A stretch of 64,000 nucleotides of DNA from Candidatus Bathyarchaeota archaeon (GCA_963826715.1 CAWGYA010000008.1:128001-192000); one strand, 5' to 3'. Shown: positions 1 through 10,051, numbered from the stretch's first letter. Notes: a model not told the origin generated them from the sequence alone. Translations and numbers: made by a program.

Positions 1-108
1 TATTTCTGCGCCTGCGGGTGCAGCGAATAGCCCCATTGAGATTGCCGTTGATGAGATCAAAATCACAGCGATAATTATAGCCATAGTTTTATTTTTTCGT
101 GTTTGCAT
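1..108 (-). CDS. 5' end of a secreted/surface protein (signal peptide only; gene runs off the window)
   Basis: Manual translation from ATG at 108: MQTRKNKTMAIIIAVILISSTAISMGLFAAPAGAEI. Basic N-region, hydrophobic core and A-x-A site; frame open to the window edge. Confidence 0.75.
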   Translation of the reverse strand, partial: MQTRKNKTMAIIIAVILISSTAISMGLFAAPAGAEI

Positions 109-326
109 TTTTCTTATTTCCTAAATATTTACGGGTAAAAGCAATACTAATTACTAAGATAATTACCCCTACCCAAAACGACTGAGGTTTTGGTTATTAA
201 TAAAGTAGTGTACAATGAAGAACTTCTGACAGACTCTAAGCTTGTCAATTGGAAGATTAAAATCATGAGAAATATTTACAACTTATACAAATTATTGATC
301 TTATAAATCAAATATTTAATAAATTT

Positions 327-1331
327 TTAAGGCGTTAATATCGCTCGTCCAATAATTTTTCCTTGTTTAAGCTTAAGGAGTACTCCTTGAGCATCACTTA
401 GTGGATAACGTGTCCAATCCACCTTTACTTTACCCATCGACGCCAATCTTAAGGTATCATTCATTTCCTGTCGGGTACCTATGACACTGCCCATAATCGA
501 ATGTTCCTCAGGAAAACAAACATTGACATTGCCCAAAACCCCCATGAGAACTATTCCCCCACGCTTAACTACCCTCAGCGCTTGATCAACTGCCTTCTGT
601 GATGGAGCATGAACCATAACTATATCTGGGCGCCCAGTTTCCGCTACAAAATCTTCCAGCTCAATTGTGGTTTTGGTGTAGTCTGCACCGATATCGGAAG
701 CTAACTTTAGCTTTTCCTGTGATGTATCCACTGCGACGGTTTCTGCTCCAGCGAGTTTAGCGAATTGAAGCGACATGTGACCTACTCCTCCTATGCCGAT
801 AACAGCCACTTTTTGACCCTCCCTAATATTCGCCCGCTTTACAGCGTGATAGGCTGTTATGCCAGGACAGAATAGTGATGCGCTTTCCTCAAATCCTAAG
901 TTACTGGGTAATCGGTGAACAAAATTGCTGGGCGCAACCATAAATTCTGCATATCCCCCGTCAACCGCTTCGCCTGTTGTTTGACGTTTGAGGCAAAGGT
1001 TTTCACGGCCCGAAAGACAGAACTCGCAGGTTCCATCTGTGTTCCAGAGTACCTGTACACCGACCCTATCCCCTCGCGTAAATCCTAAGGTTTTTTTGCC
1101 CACAGATTCGATTACACCCGTAACTTCGTGTCCAGGAATTATGGGGAGTTTCGCTGGAACGCCGAATTGTTGAAGTTCACCTTCTATCATGTGGAGATTG
1201 CTATAGCAAACGCCGCATGCTTTAACTTTTATAAGTACTTGGTCTGGCTTAGGCTTTGGATCTTCGACGGTGGTGTAAATTAGGGGGTGGTTCTCTATTT
1301 TGTCTATTCGGGTTAGTAGTTGGGCTTTCAT
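327..1331 (-). CDS. Zn-dependent alcohol dehydrogenase (MDR family)
   Basis: GHE motif, structural Zn cluster CEFC..C, GIGGVG Rossmann motif. Start moved to MKAQLL (ATG at 1331). Confidence 0.92.
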   Translation of the reverse strand: MKAQLLTRIDKIENHPLIYTTVEDPKPKPDQVLIKVKACGVCYSNLHMIEGELQQFGVPAKLPIIPGHEVTGVIESVGKKTLGFTRGDRVGVQVLWNTDGTCEFCLSGRENLCLKRQTTGEAVDGGYAEFMVAPSNFVHRLPSNLGFEESASLFCPGITAYHAVKRANIREGQKVAVIGIGGVGHMSLQFAKLAGAETVAVDTSQEKLKLASDIGADYTKTTIELEDFVAETGRPDIVMVHAPSQKAVDQALRVVKRGGIVLMGVLGNVNVCFPEEHSIMGSVIGTRQEMNDTLRLASMGKVKVDWTRYPLSDAQGVLLKLKQGKIIGRAILTP

Positions 1332-1458
1332 TTTATTCACGCAAGGGATATTTGGGGCGTTTGAGCGCCATGCGACTGAAACATAGCAACAACATCTCAA
1401 ATATGTAGGGCGAAGTGGATAACAATGCTTTTATCTCAAAAAAGGTTTCCCTTTACTT

Positions 1459-1869
1459 ATGCCCAGCGTTAAGGATATTATGACTAAAGAAGTCGTCACA
1501 ATTGAAACAAGTAAAACCGTTATAGATGCATCAAAACTGATGACCGATAAAGGATTAGGTTCGCTAATCGTAGTTATTCAGGCTTTTCCTGTGGGAATTA
1601 TCACTGAACGCGATATTGTACGACGAATCGTTGCAAAGCAGGCTCCTTTTGACCAAAAAGTAACTGAAGTCATGACGAAAACACTCATAACCGTCGAGCC
1701 AGACACCTCACTTAAAGAAGCTGCTAGAATCATGTCGACAAACAAAATAAGAAGATTACCAGTTCTCAAAAACAACAAGTTAGTAGGGATAGTTGCCGCA
1801 TCAGATTTTGTACGTAATGCCGGCAAAAAAACAACTACCGAAGAAATCCTTGATGCATTAGGACGCTAA
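1459..1869 (+). CDS. CBS-domain pair protein
   Basis: VKDIMT..V, GIITERD and IRRLPV...LVGI motifs. Confidence 0.92.
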   Translation: MPSVKDIMTKEVVTIETSKTVIDASKLMTDKGLGSLIVVIQAFPVGIITERDIVRRIVAKQAPFDQKVTEVMTKTLITVEPDTSLKEAARIMSTNKIRRLPVLKNNKLVGIVAASDFVRNAGKKTTTEEILDALGR

Positions 1870-2067
1870 CGGGAAACCGTTGGCATAAAAAATTTTACTA
1901 ACATCGGCAAAAATGGTTTGCTGAAGCTTCTGGCCCTTTAGGAGAAAAGGATGCAAACACAAAATTCACTATGGCTTTAGGTAAATTTTGCCAGAGCCTT
2001 TTCAGCCCATTTTTTCCAATGCTTTATGACTAAAAAAGGAAAGGGGGATTGTTGTTGTTTTATTTTT

Positions 2068-4821
2068 TTATGGGTGTTTTCTGAGGACTAACAGCAGTAC
2101 GAGTGCGATGGCGATGATTATGGCGATGAAGAGTCCGATGAATGCTGGGAGGAAGTATTGATCAGCTATGCTCTGTGCTGGTGGTTCTGTTGGTGCGGTT
2201 GTTGGCATTGCAGGATCAACTGCGAATGCGGTTTCTGCGTATGATGACCAGTAGCCGTTTGTGCCTGCGAATGAGGCGAGAACGGTGTATTTGCCTTCGA
2301 TGTCAGGAACCCATTGGTAGCTGTATGTGCCGCTTGCGTCTGTGGTTGTAGTGCCGATTTCTCGGTAGTTGCCATTTGCGTCGACAACTGCTAAGGTTAC
2401 ATCGACTCCTTTGAAGCTGGTTGCAAGTGGTTTCTGCTGGTAGACGTATGCCATCCATTCAGTCATGCTTTCATCTGAAGCTAGTGGGACTCCGTTGGGG
2501 AATCGTATAGACTGCTCGTTTTGCTGTGTACCTGCTGAGAGGTCTCTAACGTTGCCTGTGATTACTAAAGAGTCGCATAGTTTGATTGATGCTAGAGGTG
2601 CTTGGACCGTTATAGCGCTGCCGCCTTTTCCAACTGTGTAGATGGAGTTGTCATAGCTGTTAAACCAGGTTGCATATCCATCAGCAACTGCAAAGCTTTG
2701 TGTTGTGAATTCAGTGACATAAGATGAAAGTGTCCAGAGTTCTTCACCTGTAGTTGCGTTGACTGCTCGTGTCATTGCGCCTTTGAAGATTGGCATTTCA
2801 ACTGTGTGTTCAGATGTAACTAGGTAAACTACGTCGTTGCCGATTGCGTTAACGAACATTGGGTAGTTTCCTGGTACTTGGAAGCCGCTGTTTGTGTCGT
2901 TTCCTGGAACGCCACCGTTACCGTAGGTAAAGAGGGTCTCTCCAGTGTTTGTGTCATAGCAGTAGAGTACACCTGCATATGCGCTGCTGTATAGTCTGCC
3001 GTATGCAAAGGTGTTTGCTAAGCTGCCTGAAGCTTGGCTGCCGTAGTAGTCAAAGTCTGCTTGTGGGGCGGTGGTCCATAATTTGGAACCATCGTGCATG
3101 CTGTAGCCGACGAATGTTTGGGTTTCTCGTAGGTCTTCTACGAAGACTCGGTTAACTGGGTCAATGCCTGCTAATAGGACCGTGAGGTTACCTGCTGGTG
3201 GATCATAGTTTTTCATCCAAAGAATTTGTCCTCTTGATTCTGGTTTTAAGCTAACTGCGAAGTATGTGTAAGTGTTAAAGCCTAATGTGCCCATGAAGGT
3301 TGCGCCTTGTGAGGGAAGTGTACCGTTTAAGCAAATCATAACATCGTCTGGAATGACACCGACAACTGTTGGTGATCCGCTCATGGTGTTTCTCCATCCA
3401 ACTGGAACACTCCAGTCAAAGCGGTTTTGTGCACTGGTTGCGTCATTGACGCCTCCATTAACAATGAATGTCGAGCCATACTGTGAACTTGTTATTGCTG
3501 GTGGAACGGTTGTCAATAGGTTGTTAGAAGCGTTGATTATTGATGGTGAAAGTAAGCTGCCGCCTGTGAATGGGTTGGTTCCGAAGTTCCAAAGTTTAGT
3601 TGAGTTCCATTCAGCTAAAACATAGTTTGGATTAGTGCTGTTGCCAAGGTTTTGGAAGACAAAGCGTAATTGTTCACCGCTTGGACCTAATGCGACTGAT
3701 GGAGCGGTTGCTGATGGTACACCTGTGACGTTGAAGAGTGGGTTACCTGTATCTGCATCAAATAAGCGACCAAAGTTAGATGTTGCAAGAATTGCTGGGA
3801 AAACACCGTGCTGATTAGGGTCTTCATGATCCCAAATGAGTGCAAATGATATTTGTGGAAGATCTGTACGTGACCAGATGAGTTCACCTGTTCTTAGGTC
3901 AACGCAGTTAAGTGGTCCGTAGTTGTGGCCTGTGAATGAAACTGGTTCGTTGTAATAGATTTTTCCGTTGATTACTATTGGGTTTTGGTAGCGTTGGTTG
4001 TATGCTGAGCCTTCAAAGTATGCATTTCCCTGAATATCAAATTTGTCGCCGCCAACTATACCGCCGCTTTGTAGGGGTTTGGTCCACATTACGTGGCTAG
4101 TGAGAGGTCCAACTGTATCGCCTGCAAAGAACACTGCGCCGTTGCCTCCTAAGTTGTAGGATGCTGTGAAACCGCCATATCCAGGTTGACCTGTACCAAG
4201 CCAGTTAGATGATATTGTAAACCAGCCTGGGTTTTCGCCGTAGATTGGTCGGGTCCAATATTCTGAGGGTAACGGATATGTGTCTGGGTAGGTTGCGATT
4301 GGATCTTCTTGGACTGTAAGGATTGTGCTTGCATGGCTTGGCAGGTAAGTGTCGTTAACCATGACGGAAGTTGGACTACCGTTGCTTGTGGTAACTGTTT
4401 GTCCTGGGAAGTCGAATGTTAGACTGTATGTTCCTGCAATTTCTGGGGTAAAGGAATAGGCTTGTGAGGAGGTTGTATCCTGGATGGTCTCGAAAGTTTG
4501 GGTCGTGTTTACGCCATTGGGGTCAGTTATAGTTAGTTTGTAATTGTGGAATCGATAGTTGTTGTTTACGGCCGCGTAATTGATTGTTCCAGGGGTTTCA
4601 CCAGTGGGGTAGTATCCATATACTCGGTTAAGCCACATGTAGATTAGTGTGGATTGACCGACGCCTACTGGGTTAGGTAAAGCGGCTATGTAAGCGTTTG
4701 TTGTAAGTTCTTCTGAAGGTGTGTGTGCACTTGTGGTTGGGAGAAATAATGTTGTTGCTGCAACTGAAATTGCCAATATTGCGATTAATAGTGTTGTTAA
4801 ATACTTTTTAGAGTTATTCAC
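2068..4821 (-). CDS. Large secreted, membrane-anchored PQQ-like beta-propeller/Ig-domain surface protein
   Basis: Signal peptide, repeated D..TGE..W propeller motifs, Ig-like C-terminal segment, Pro/Thr linker and C-terminal TM helix ending RKHP. Confidence 0.85.
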   Translation of the reverse strand: MNNSKKYLTTLLIAILAISVAATTLFLPTTSAHTPSEELTTNAYIAALPNPVGVGQSTLIYMWLNRVYGYYPTGETPGTINYAAVNNNYRFHNYKLTITDPNGVNTTQTFETIQDTTSSQAYSFTPEIAGTYSLTFDFPGQTVTTSNGSPTSVMVNDTYLPSHASTILTVQEDPIATYPDTYPLPSEYWTRPIYGENPGWFTISSNWLGTGQPGYGGFTASYNLGGNGAVFFAGDTVGPLTSHVMWTKPLQSGGIVGGDKFDIQGNAYFEGSAYNQRYQNPIVINGKIYYNEPVSFTGHNYGPLNCVDLRTGELIWSRTDLPQISFALIWDHEDPNQHGVFPAILATSNFGRLFDADTGNPLFNVTGVPSATAPSVALGPSGEQLRFVFQNLGNSTNPNYVLAEWNSTKLWNFGTNPFTGGSLLSPSIINASNNLLTTVPPAITSSQYGSTFIVNGGVNDATSAQNRFDWSVPVGWRNTMSGSPTVVGVIPDDVMICLNGTLPSQGATFMGTLGFNTYTYFAVSLKPESRGQILWMKNYDPPAGNLTVLLAGIDPVNRVFVEDLRETQTFVGYSMHDGSKLWTTAPQADFDYYGSQASGSLANTFAYGRLYSSAYAGVLYCYDTNTGETLFTYGNGGVPGNDTNSGFQVPGNYPMFVNAIGNDVVYLVTSEHTVEMPIFKGAMTRAVNATTGEELWTLSSYVTEFTTQSFAVADGYATWFNSYDNSIYTVGKGGSAITVQAPLASIKLCDSLVITGNVRDLSAGTQQNEQSIRFPNGVPLASDESMTEWMAYVYQQKPLATSFKGVDVTLAVVDANGNYREIGTTTTDASGTYSYQWVPDIEGKYTVLASFAGTNGYWSSYAETAFAVDPAMPTTAPTEPPAQSIADQYFLPAFIGLFIAIIIAIALVLLLVLRKHP

Positions 4822-4891
4822 TTTTTCTTTTCTCCATTTTTGGTAAGAATGGATTCCGCTGAGCTATATTTAAGATTTTATAAAACGGATT

Positions 4892-4938
4892 TTTTTTTGC
4901 AAATTATTGCCAAAATTCACATCATATTTGCAAAAAAA
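4892..4938. promoter_or_regulatory. Perfect 13-bp inverted repeat, candidate operator between divergent genes
   Basis: TTTTTTTGCAAAT (4892-4904), 21-nt spacer, ATTTGCAAAAAAA (4926-4938). Each arm contains the palindrome TTTGCAAA. Confidence 0.45.
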
Positions 4939-5028
4939 TGAAGTTTTATGAATTTGCTTTTTTGAAGTCAACACCAGTAGAAAATACGATTAATTTAAAA
5001 GGCACTTTTTACGCTTAAAGATAGGGCG

Positions 5029-6018
5029 CTCAAAATAACACAAAAAGTCAATATCACGCAGGCAAAAATTCTAAAACAGCTATTAGCTGATGGACGCTCA
5101 AGCACAAAGGACCTTTCTAAAATAATAAACATCTCTGAGCAAGCAGTTAACGGGAATATAAAAAAATTGGAAAGTAAAGGAATAATCACAGGCGCAACAA
5201 CTCACATTAATTATAGACTTTTCGGCTTCAAAGCAGTTGCACATATGATGTTCACAATTGACCCAGCACAAGAAGAACAACTTTTAGAATTTTTACAACT
5301 AAAACCAGAAATTTATGCTTTCTATAGACGAGGAATCAAAGGACAACTTGACGCCATAATCACTCTTAAAAGACTATCGCAATTAAGCGAAATAAAGGAC
5401 AATATAAAAAAGAAATTCTCAGTCCTTGAAATGAAAACGGCTATATGGACTGATGTTAAAGAAATGAATCACAATATAGCCATAGTTGACGAAATAAGAA
5501 ATAACCCAGTTAACCAAAAAATAAACAAACAACCAATTCCAGCAGATATAAACTTTAAAATCGACGAAATTGACCAAAAAATTGCAGATGAACTTGCCGA
5601 AGACGGCAGAATTTCCATGATTTCACTCGGAGAGACTGTTGGAGTATCAGCTACGGTTGCAAAAAAAAGATATGAAAAACTAAAAGAAAATGGCTTTCTA
5701 AAAGTCACAATTCAAATTAGCCCAGCTAAAATTGGCTATAAAGCGTTATGCATTTTTTTCATTGCAATTTCACAAGAAAAGTTACCGACAGTAATAGGCA
5801 AAATTAGCAACATTCCAGATATAATTAGCATCATGAAAACAACGGGAAACTATGACTTGCAAATTTACGCTATGATTCAAAACCTTGACCAGATGCTGTA
5901 TATAAATGATGAAATCGCAGCAATCGAAGGTATAAGCAAAATTGATTTTGAAATAAACCGCTTTAATAAAAAAATAGAAAAATGGCCCTCACCCAAACAA
6001 TATATATCCACATTCTAA
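5029..6018 (+). CDS. Tandem-domain Lrp/AsnC transcriptional regulator (two HTH-RAM units); start uncertain
   Basis: Frame open from 4999. Upstream of the track's TTG (5167) it encodes the first HTH (KILKQLLADGRSSTKDLSKIINISEQAV), collinear with the downstream paralog. Confidence 0.85.
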   Translation, partial: LKITQKVNITQAKILKQLLADGRSSTKDLSKIINISEQAVNGNIKKLESKGIITGATTHINYRLFGFKAVAHMMFTIDPAQEEQLLEFLQLKPEIYAFYRRGIKGQLDAIITLKRLSQLSEIKDNIKKKFSVLEMKTAIWTDVKEMNHNIAIVDEIRNNPVNQKINKQPIPADINFKIDEIDQKIADELAEDGRISMISLGETVGVSATVAKKRYEKLKENGFLKVTIQISPAKIGYKALCIFFIAISQEKLPTVIGKISNIPDIISIMKTTGNYDLQIYAMIQNLDQMLYINDEIAAIEGISKIDFEINRFNKKIEKWPSPKQYISTF

Positions 6019-6078
6019 ATTCATCAAATTTCAACGTCATCCGAAAAACAAAGTCTTAAGATCGAGGCACGAAAATTC

Positions 6079-7056
6079 TTGAAAGGAACCCCTGTAAAAA
6101 TCGACGAGTTAGACAGTAAGATACTTAAAATTCTATTATGCAATGGGCGGATTCCTTTTGACGAATTAGCGGCAGAATGTGGAACGGACAAAAACCGAGT
6201 TTGGAAACGCTATAATTCTTTGGAGAAAAAAGGCGTTATAACAGGCGCCACTATACAAATGAATTTTGGACTTTTCGGTTTTGACGCACTCGCCACTTTG
6301 ATGCTGCGCGTTGACTTTCAACTATTGGATCAGACGATGCAATACATTAAAGAAATACCTGAGATTCGAGCGTACAAACAGTATAACAGCATATATAACA
6401 TAAGAGCGATTGCAATACTACAAAGCCTTAACGATTTGGATCATATTAAAGAAATTATCAAACATAAGCTACCCACGTTAGGTTTAAAATCTTATGTTTG
6501 GACAAATGTTAGGAACATACCCGAAAACCTCTATGCACTGCGTTTGAGAAACGAAGAAAAGTCGCCACTTAAACCAATATCGCCAACCAATAATTTTGAT
6601 TTTGATGATATCGATCTAAAAATTGTTCAAAAACTTTCCGTTGACGGTCGAGCATCTTTTAGTCAAATCGCCAAAAAAATCGGAGTTTCGCCCCATACTG
6701 TAATTAACAGATATGAAAAAATGCGAAAAGTTTGCGCCATCAAGGTTTCAATTCAAATAAACGCCAATAAACTTGGTTATGTCGCTATCGTAGATTTCAA
6801 TATAGCCTTCACATCACTCGGAGACTTATCCAACACCATTGTGGACAAATTAACAATGATACCGGACATTATTATTATAACTAAAACCACCGGTGATTTC
6901 GATTTGCAAGTGACAGCGATGCTAAGAAATCTCAAAGAACTCTTTGATATCCAAGACAAAATAGCTAAGATAAAAGGCATAACTCATATTGAAGCAAGCG
7001 CCCGGAGAATTCCTGAAAAATGGCCCTCAGCACAACAATTTATTTCCACCATGTAG
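6079..7056 (+). CDS. Tandem-domain Lrp/AsnC transcriptional regulator
   Basis: Two D..D.KI...L..DGR HTH motifs and a TTGDFDL RAM motif; paralog of the upstream gene with shared KWPS..Q.IST end. Confidence 0.92.
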   Translation: MKGTPVKIDELDSKILKILLCNGRIPFDELAAECGTDKNRVWKRYNSLEKKGVITGATIQMNFGLFGFDALATLMLRVDFQLLDQTMQYIKEIPEIRAYKQYNSIYNIRAIAILQSLNDLDHIKEIIKHKLPTLGLKSYVWTNVRNIPENLYALRLRNEEKSPLKPISPTNNFDFDDIDLKIVQKLSVDGRASFSQIAKKIGVSPHTVINRYEKMRKVCAIKVSIQINANKLGYVAIVDFNIAFTSLGDLSNTIVDKLTMIPDIIIITKTTGDFDLQVTAMLRNLKELFDIQDKIAKIKGITHIEASARRIPEKWPSAQQFISTM

Positions 7057-7096
7057 CTTAGAAAAACAATCCATCCAATATGATAACATTAAAAAT

Positions 7097-7858
7097 TTAA
7101 TTCCTGGACGTAGAGGCTTCTTTTTTAGTCATTTTTGAAGCTTCATATTCCCTTTGAAAACTTTGCTGTAGAGGGTTAATCCCACTGTCGTTTTGGGAAT
7201 GTTGTGCAGGATTCATTTCTAGCAACTTGGTTGCACAAAGTTTGGCTTCGTCGGTTCTGCCAAGCTTTGCCAACATAACACCCTTCCCAAGCAATGCACT
7301 GGAAAAATTAGAATTTAACCTCAACGCTTGATCAAAGCATTCAAGGGCATTTTGGTAGTCTCCATTATTTCCAAAGGCAATTCCAAGCAGGTACTGTATT
7401 TGTGGATTGTCAGGTGAGTGGGTTAGGGCTTTGTGATAGCCGTTGAGTGCATCCTGGAACCTTTTGAGTTTCTGCAGAGAAGATGCAAGAGATAAATGAA
7501 TTTCAATATTAGTAGGTTCTATTTCCAATGCTTTCTTGTCGCAATCAACTGCTTGGGCAGGCTGATTTAACATTGAATAGGTAGCGGCTTTAAGATGCCA
7601 TGCATTTGCATAAGCAGCATCTATTTCTATTACGTTGTCAAAGCACTTTAGGGATTCACTACAGCGTCCAAGCTTACCTAAAAGTAATCCTTTAATTATC
7701 CAGGCATCAATGTAAGCGCTGTCAAATTTTAGGGCTTCTTCAATGCAGTTTAATGCACTTTCATATTTCCGTTCATCCTCAAAACCAATGGCGGCTTTTA
7801 GCTGCAGAGTTGCGTTTAGACGCATTGAAGCTTCATTATTTATTTCGGAATTAACCAT
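7097..7858 (-). CDS. Tetratricopeptide-repeat protein
   Basis: About six 34-aa repeats with AW..KG..L and A..CFD.AL patterns. Confidence 0.9.
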   Translation of the reverse strand: MVNSEINNEASMRLNATLQLKAAIGFEDERKYESALNCIEEALKFDSAYIDAWIIKGLLLGKLGRCSESLKCFDNVIEIDAAYANAWHLKAATYSMLNQPAQAVDCDKKALEIEPTNIEIHLSLASSLQKLKRFQDALNGYHKALTHSPDNPQIQYLLGIAFGNNGDYQNALECFDQALRLNSNFSSALLGKGVMLAKLGRTDEAKLCATKLLEMNPAQHSQNDSGINPLQQSFQREYEASKMTKKEASTSRN

Positions 7859-8194
7859 AGAATCAACCCTGTCTAGATTAAATTGACCTGCGCCTTAGAG
7901 AGAGTTAATAAATAAATTTATAATTAATCTATAAAAAAAATACAAAAGGCTAACAGGACAATAGCCATTTTTTTGAAGTTTTGTAGATCCCAACACTATT
8001 ACACGCTAACAGATATCGGAAAAATATTTTTGATCTCCATGAGAGACGTCGACTACCTTAAATAATTAAAAGTTCAAAAAACCGCTCACTAAACGGAACC
8101 TGAAAAATCAAAATATCCACAAATCCCAAGATGACCGTGAGATTAACAATAATTCAATTGTTTACTAAGACACAGAAATCGCAAAATAGCAATC

Positions 8195-9094
8195 TTACCG
8201 CTCAAAGTTAACTTTTTTTGATACACACAGGATAGCGACACCCAAGATTGGAAGAGTTACCATCCAGAAATCAGTCAACGGTAAGAATGCGCGATAAACT
8301 GAGTTCCAAACTGAAACCAAATCATAAATTACAAAATAAACCCCTACCAGAATAAATGCAGTCCCCACTATCCGCATGTTTAGTTTTTTCTTGAGACTAA
8401 AAGTTACCCATATGAATGTCACAATTATGGAAGAAATCAGCAAAGTAAGCAACGAATTGACAGCTCCTACAAAAGTAAGTAGGTCTGACAGTGGAGTTGC
8501 AGAAGGCAAAAGTGCATATACCCAAAGCAGTCCATGCCTAACCCAAAAAGCGAACACATACAAAGTAGCAGCGATTCCACCCCACTCTTGAATAGATTTG
8601 TGATTATTGGGGGTTTTTAGCTTGCGGCTTAAAATGAACAATGGTGGAAAGACAAGAACTGCTTGAACAAGAACTGAAACGCCAGTGTAAAAATTCAGAA
8701 AAGGACTCGTTGATATAGCTGAACCAATAAGGTGGTTTGCTGCGGCTGGAAGGAGTAGCAGGAAATAGAGCGATTCAAAAAACAGAGTTAGCCTGAATTT
8801 ATTGAGATATCGAGGGTCATTTTTAAAATAAAGGATCGCACAGTTTAGAGCAAAAATTGCACCTATCAAACGTAGATAGCTACCGATTGAACCCGCGATT
8901 TCTTGAAAAAGGAAAAGCCCCAGTTGCAGAGTTGGTTGAGTGCTAGTTATTAATGTGGGCAACTTAACCACTACCAGCGGGAAGTGAACCACAAATATTG
9001 TGGTAGTGGCTGCTTGATAGAGGGTATAAAGGAGAAAGGAGACAGCTACAACCAACAGCGCTTTTTGGGTTAACCGGGCATTAAAAGAAGCCAT
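8195..9094 (-). CDS. Hypothetical multi-pass membrane protein
   Basis: 299-aa ORF with about 8 hydrophobic segments. Confidence 0.75.
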   Translation of the reverse strand: MASFNARLTQKALLVVAVSFLLYTLYQAATTTIFVVHFPLVVVKLPTLITSTQPTLQLGLFLFQEIAGSIGSYLRLIGAIFALNCAILYFKNDPRYLNKFRLTLFFESLYFLLLLPAAANHLIGSAISTSPFLNFYTGVSVLVQAVLVFPPLFILSRKLKTPNNHKSIQEWGGIAATLYVFAFWVRHGLLWVYALLPSATPLSDLLTFVGAVNSLLTLLISSIIVTFIWVTFSLKKKLNMRIVGTAFILVGVYFVIYDLVSVWNSVYRAFLPLTDFWMVTLPILGVAILCVSKKVNFER

Positions 9095-9154
9095 AGTTAA
9101 CTCACAAGCTTAGATGTATGCAAGGCAATCATGTTGAAGTGTTTGAGAAAGCTT

Positions 9155-9559
9155 TTAACAGTATTGATTCAGCACATAATTCAAGGAAAAATAAAATGCG
9201 GGTCGTGAGGGATTTGAACCCTCGACTTCCAGCTTAGAAGGCTGGCGCTCTATCCGTGCTGAGCTAACAACCCAACTAGATTCTAAAATAGTGCCTAAAT
9301 CAGCCCCTAAATCAAACCTACCTATTTGACCTAAATGACCCACTATTTGGAGATTAACACTTTTGGGTATTTGATTAAGTTTTCTCTCAACAAAATCTAA
9401 GGATTGTTGATGATACCCAAATTTGGGTTTACTATTCTCTCTTCCCATGTAGTGCCTAGCTCTATCATACTTTACTGCACCACTATTATTATAGAATAAT
9501 TGAATACACGCAAATTTTCCACAAACTTCACACATAAACTTTACACATTTAATCCTCAT
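9155..9559 (-). pseudogene. ORF reading in sense through tRNA-Arg; candidate N-terminal fragment of a split (SSV1/pTN3-type) integrase
   Basis: About 95 protein-like codons (CEVC, RARHY) lie directly upstream of and continue through the tRNA; no catalytic domain nearby. Confidence 0.45.
9199..9273 (-). tRNA. tRNA-Arg (anticodon TCT), intronless
   Basis: GGGTTGTTAGCTCAGCACGGATAGAGCGCCAGCCT-TCT-AAGCTGGAAGTCGAGGGTTCAAATCCCTCACGACCCG. Acceptor stem GGGTTGT/ACGACCC, anticodon stem CCAGC/GCTGG, T-loop TTCAAAT. Confidence 0.95.
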
Positions 9560-9740
9560 ACAATCACTAACTTGGAGCTTGAGAGCATAAAGAGCTATTT
9601 AATGACCATTAAAACAAAAATATGGAGCGTTGGATAGCATTAGGTGTTGATTTCAAATTCTTTATGAAATTTGTGTATTATTTTCTGGACAAAGCGTAAA
9701 GTCACAGTTATCAACACAATGCGGTGCTGATATGCGCCCC

Positions 9741-9984
9741 TCTTTGAGCTATCTCTTTGGTGAGGACAATAAAGTTTTCGTGTCGGCTCAAAAGACCGAA
9801 ATACTTTATGTCCGAGCATTTATCTCAACGCACCAACGAAAAAATATCAATGCGGTTCTTGACTGCGTTGCCCTCACCCAAAAGGGCAACACTGACAACA
9901 AGGCGAGCGGACAAAGGCTTAAACTTTGACCGCGCGACATCAACAAAAGCCCAGATACGACCAACGATGCGGTGGTAGTCGTTG
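9741..9984. other. Structured GC-richer non-coding segment with several hairpins
   Basis: Long imperfect stem 9764-9813, perfect 8-bp stem GTTGCCCT/AGGGCAAC 9867-9890, and stem CAACGA/TCGTTG 9962-9984. Confidence 0.4.
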
Positions 9985-10051
9985 CGGGGAGCGCGTGCTA
10001 AATTACGCATTTAAAAGAACCTTTTAATATTATACTGCCTTTTTGCACCGC

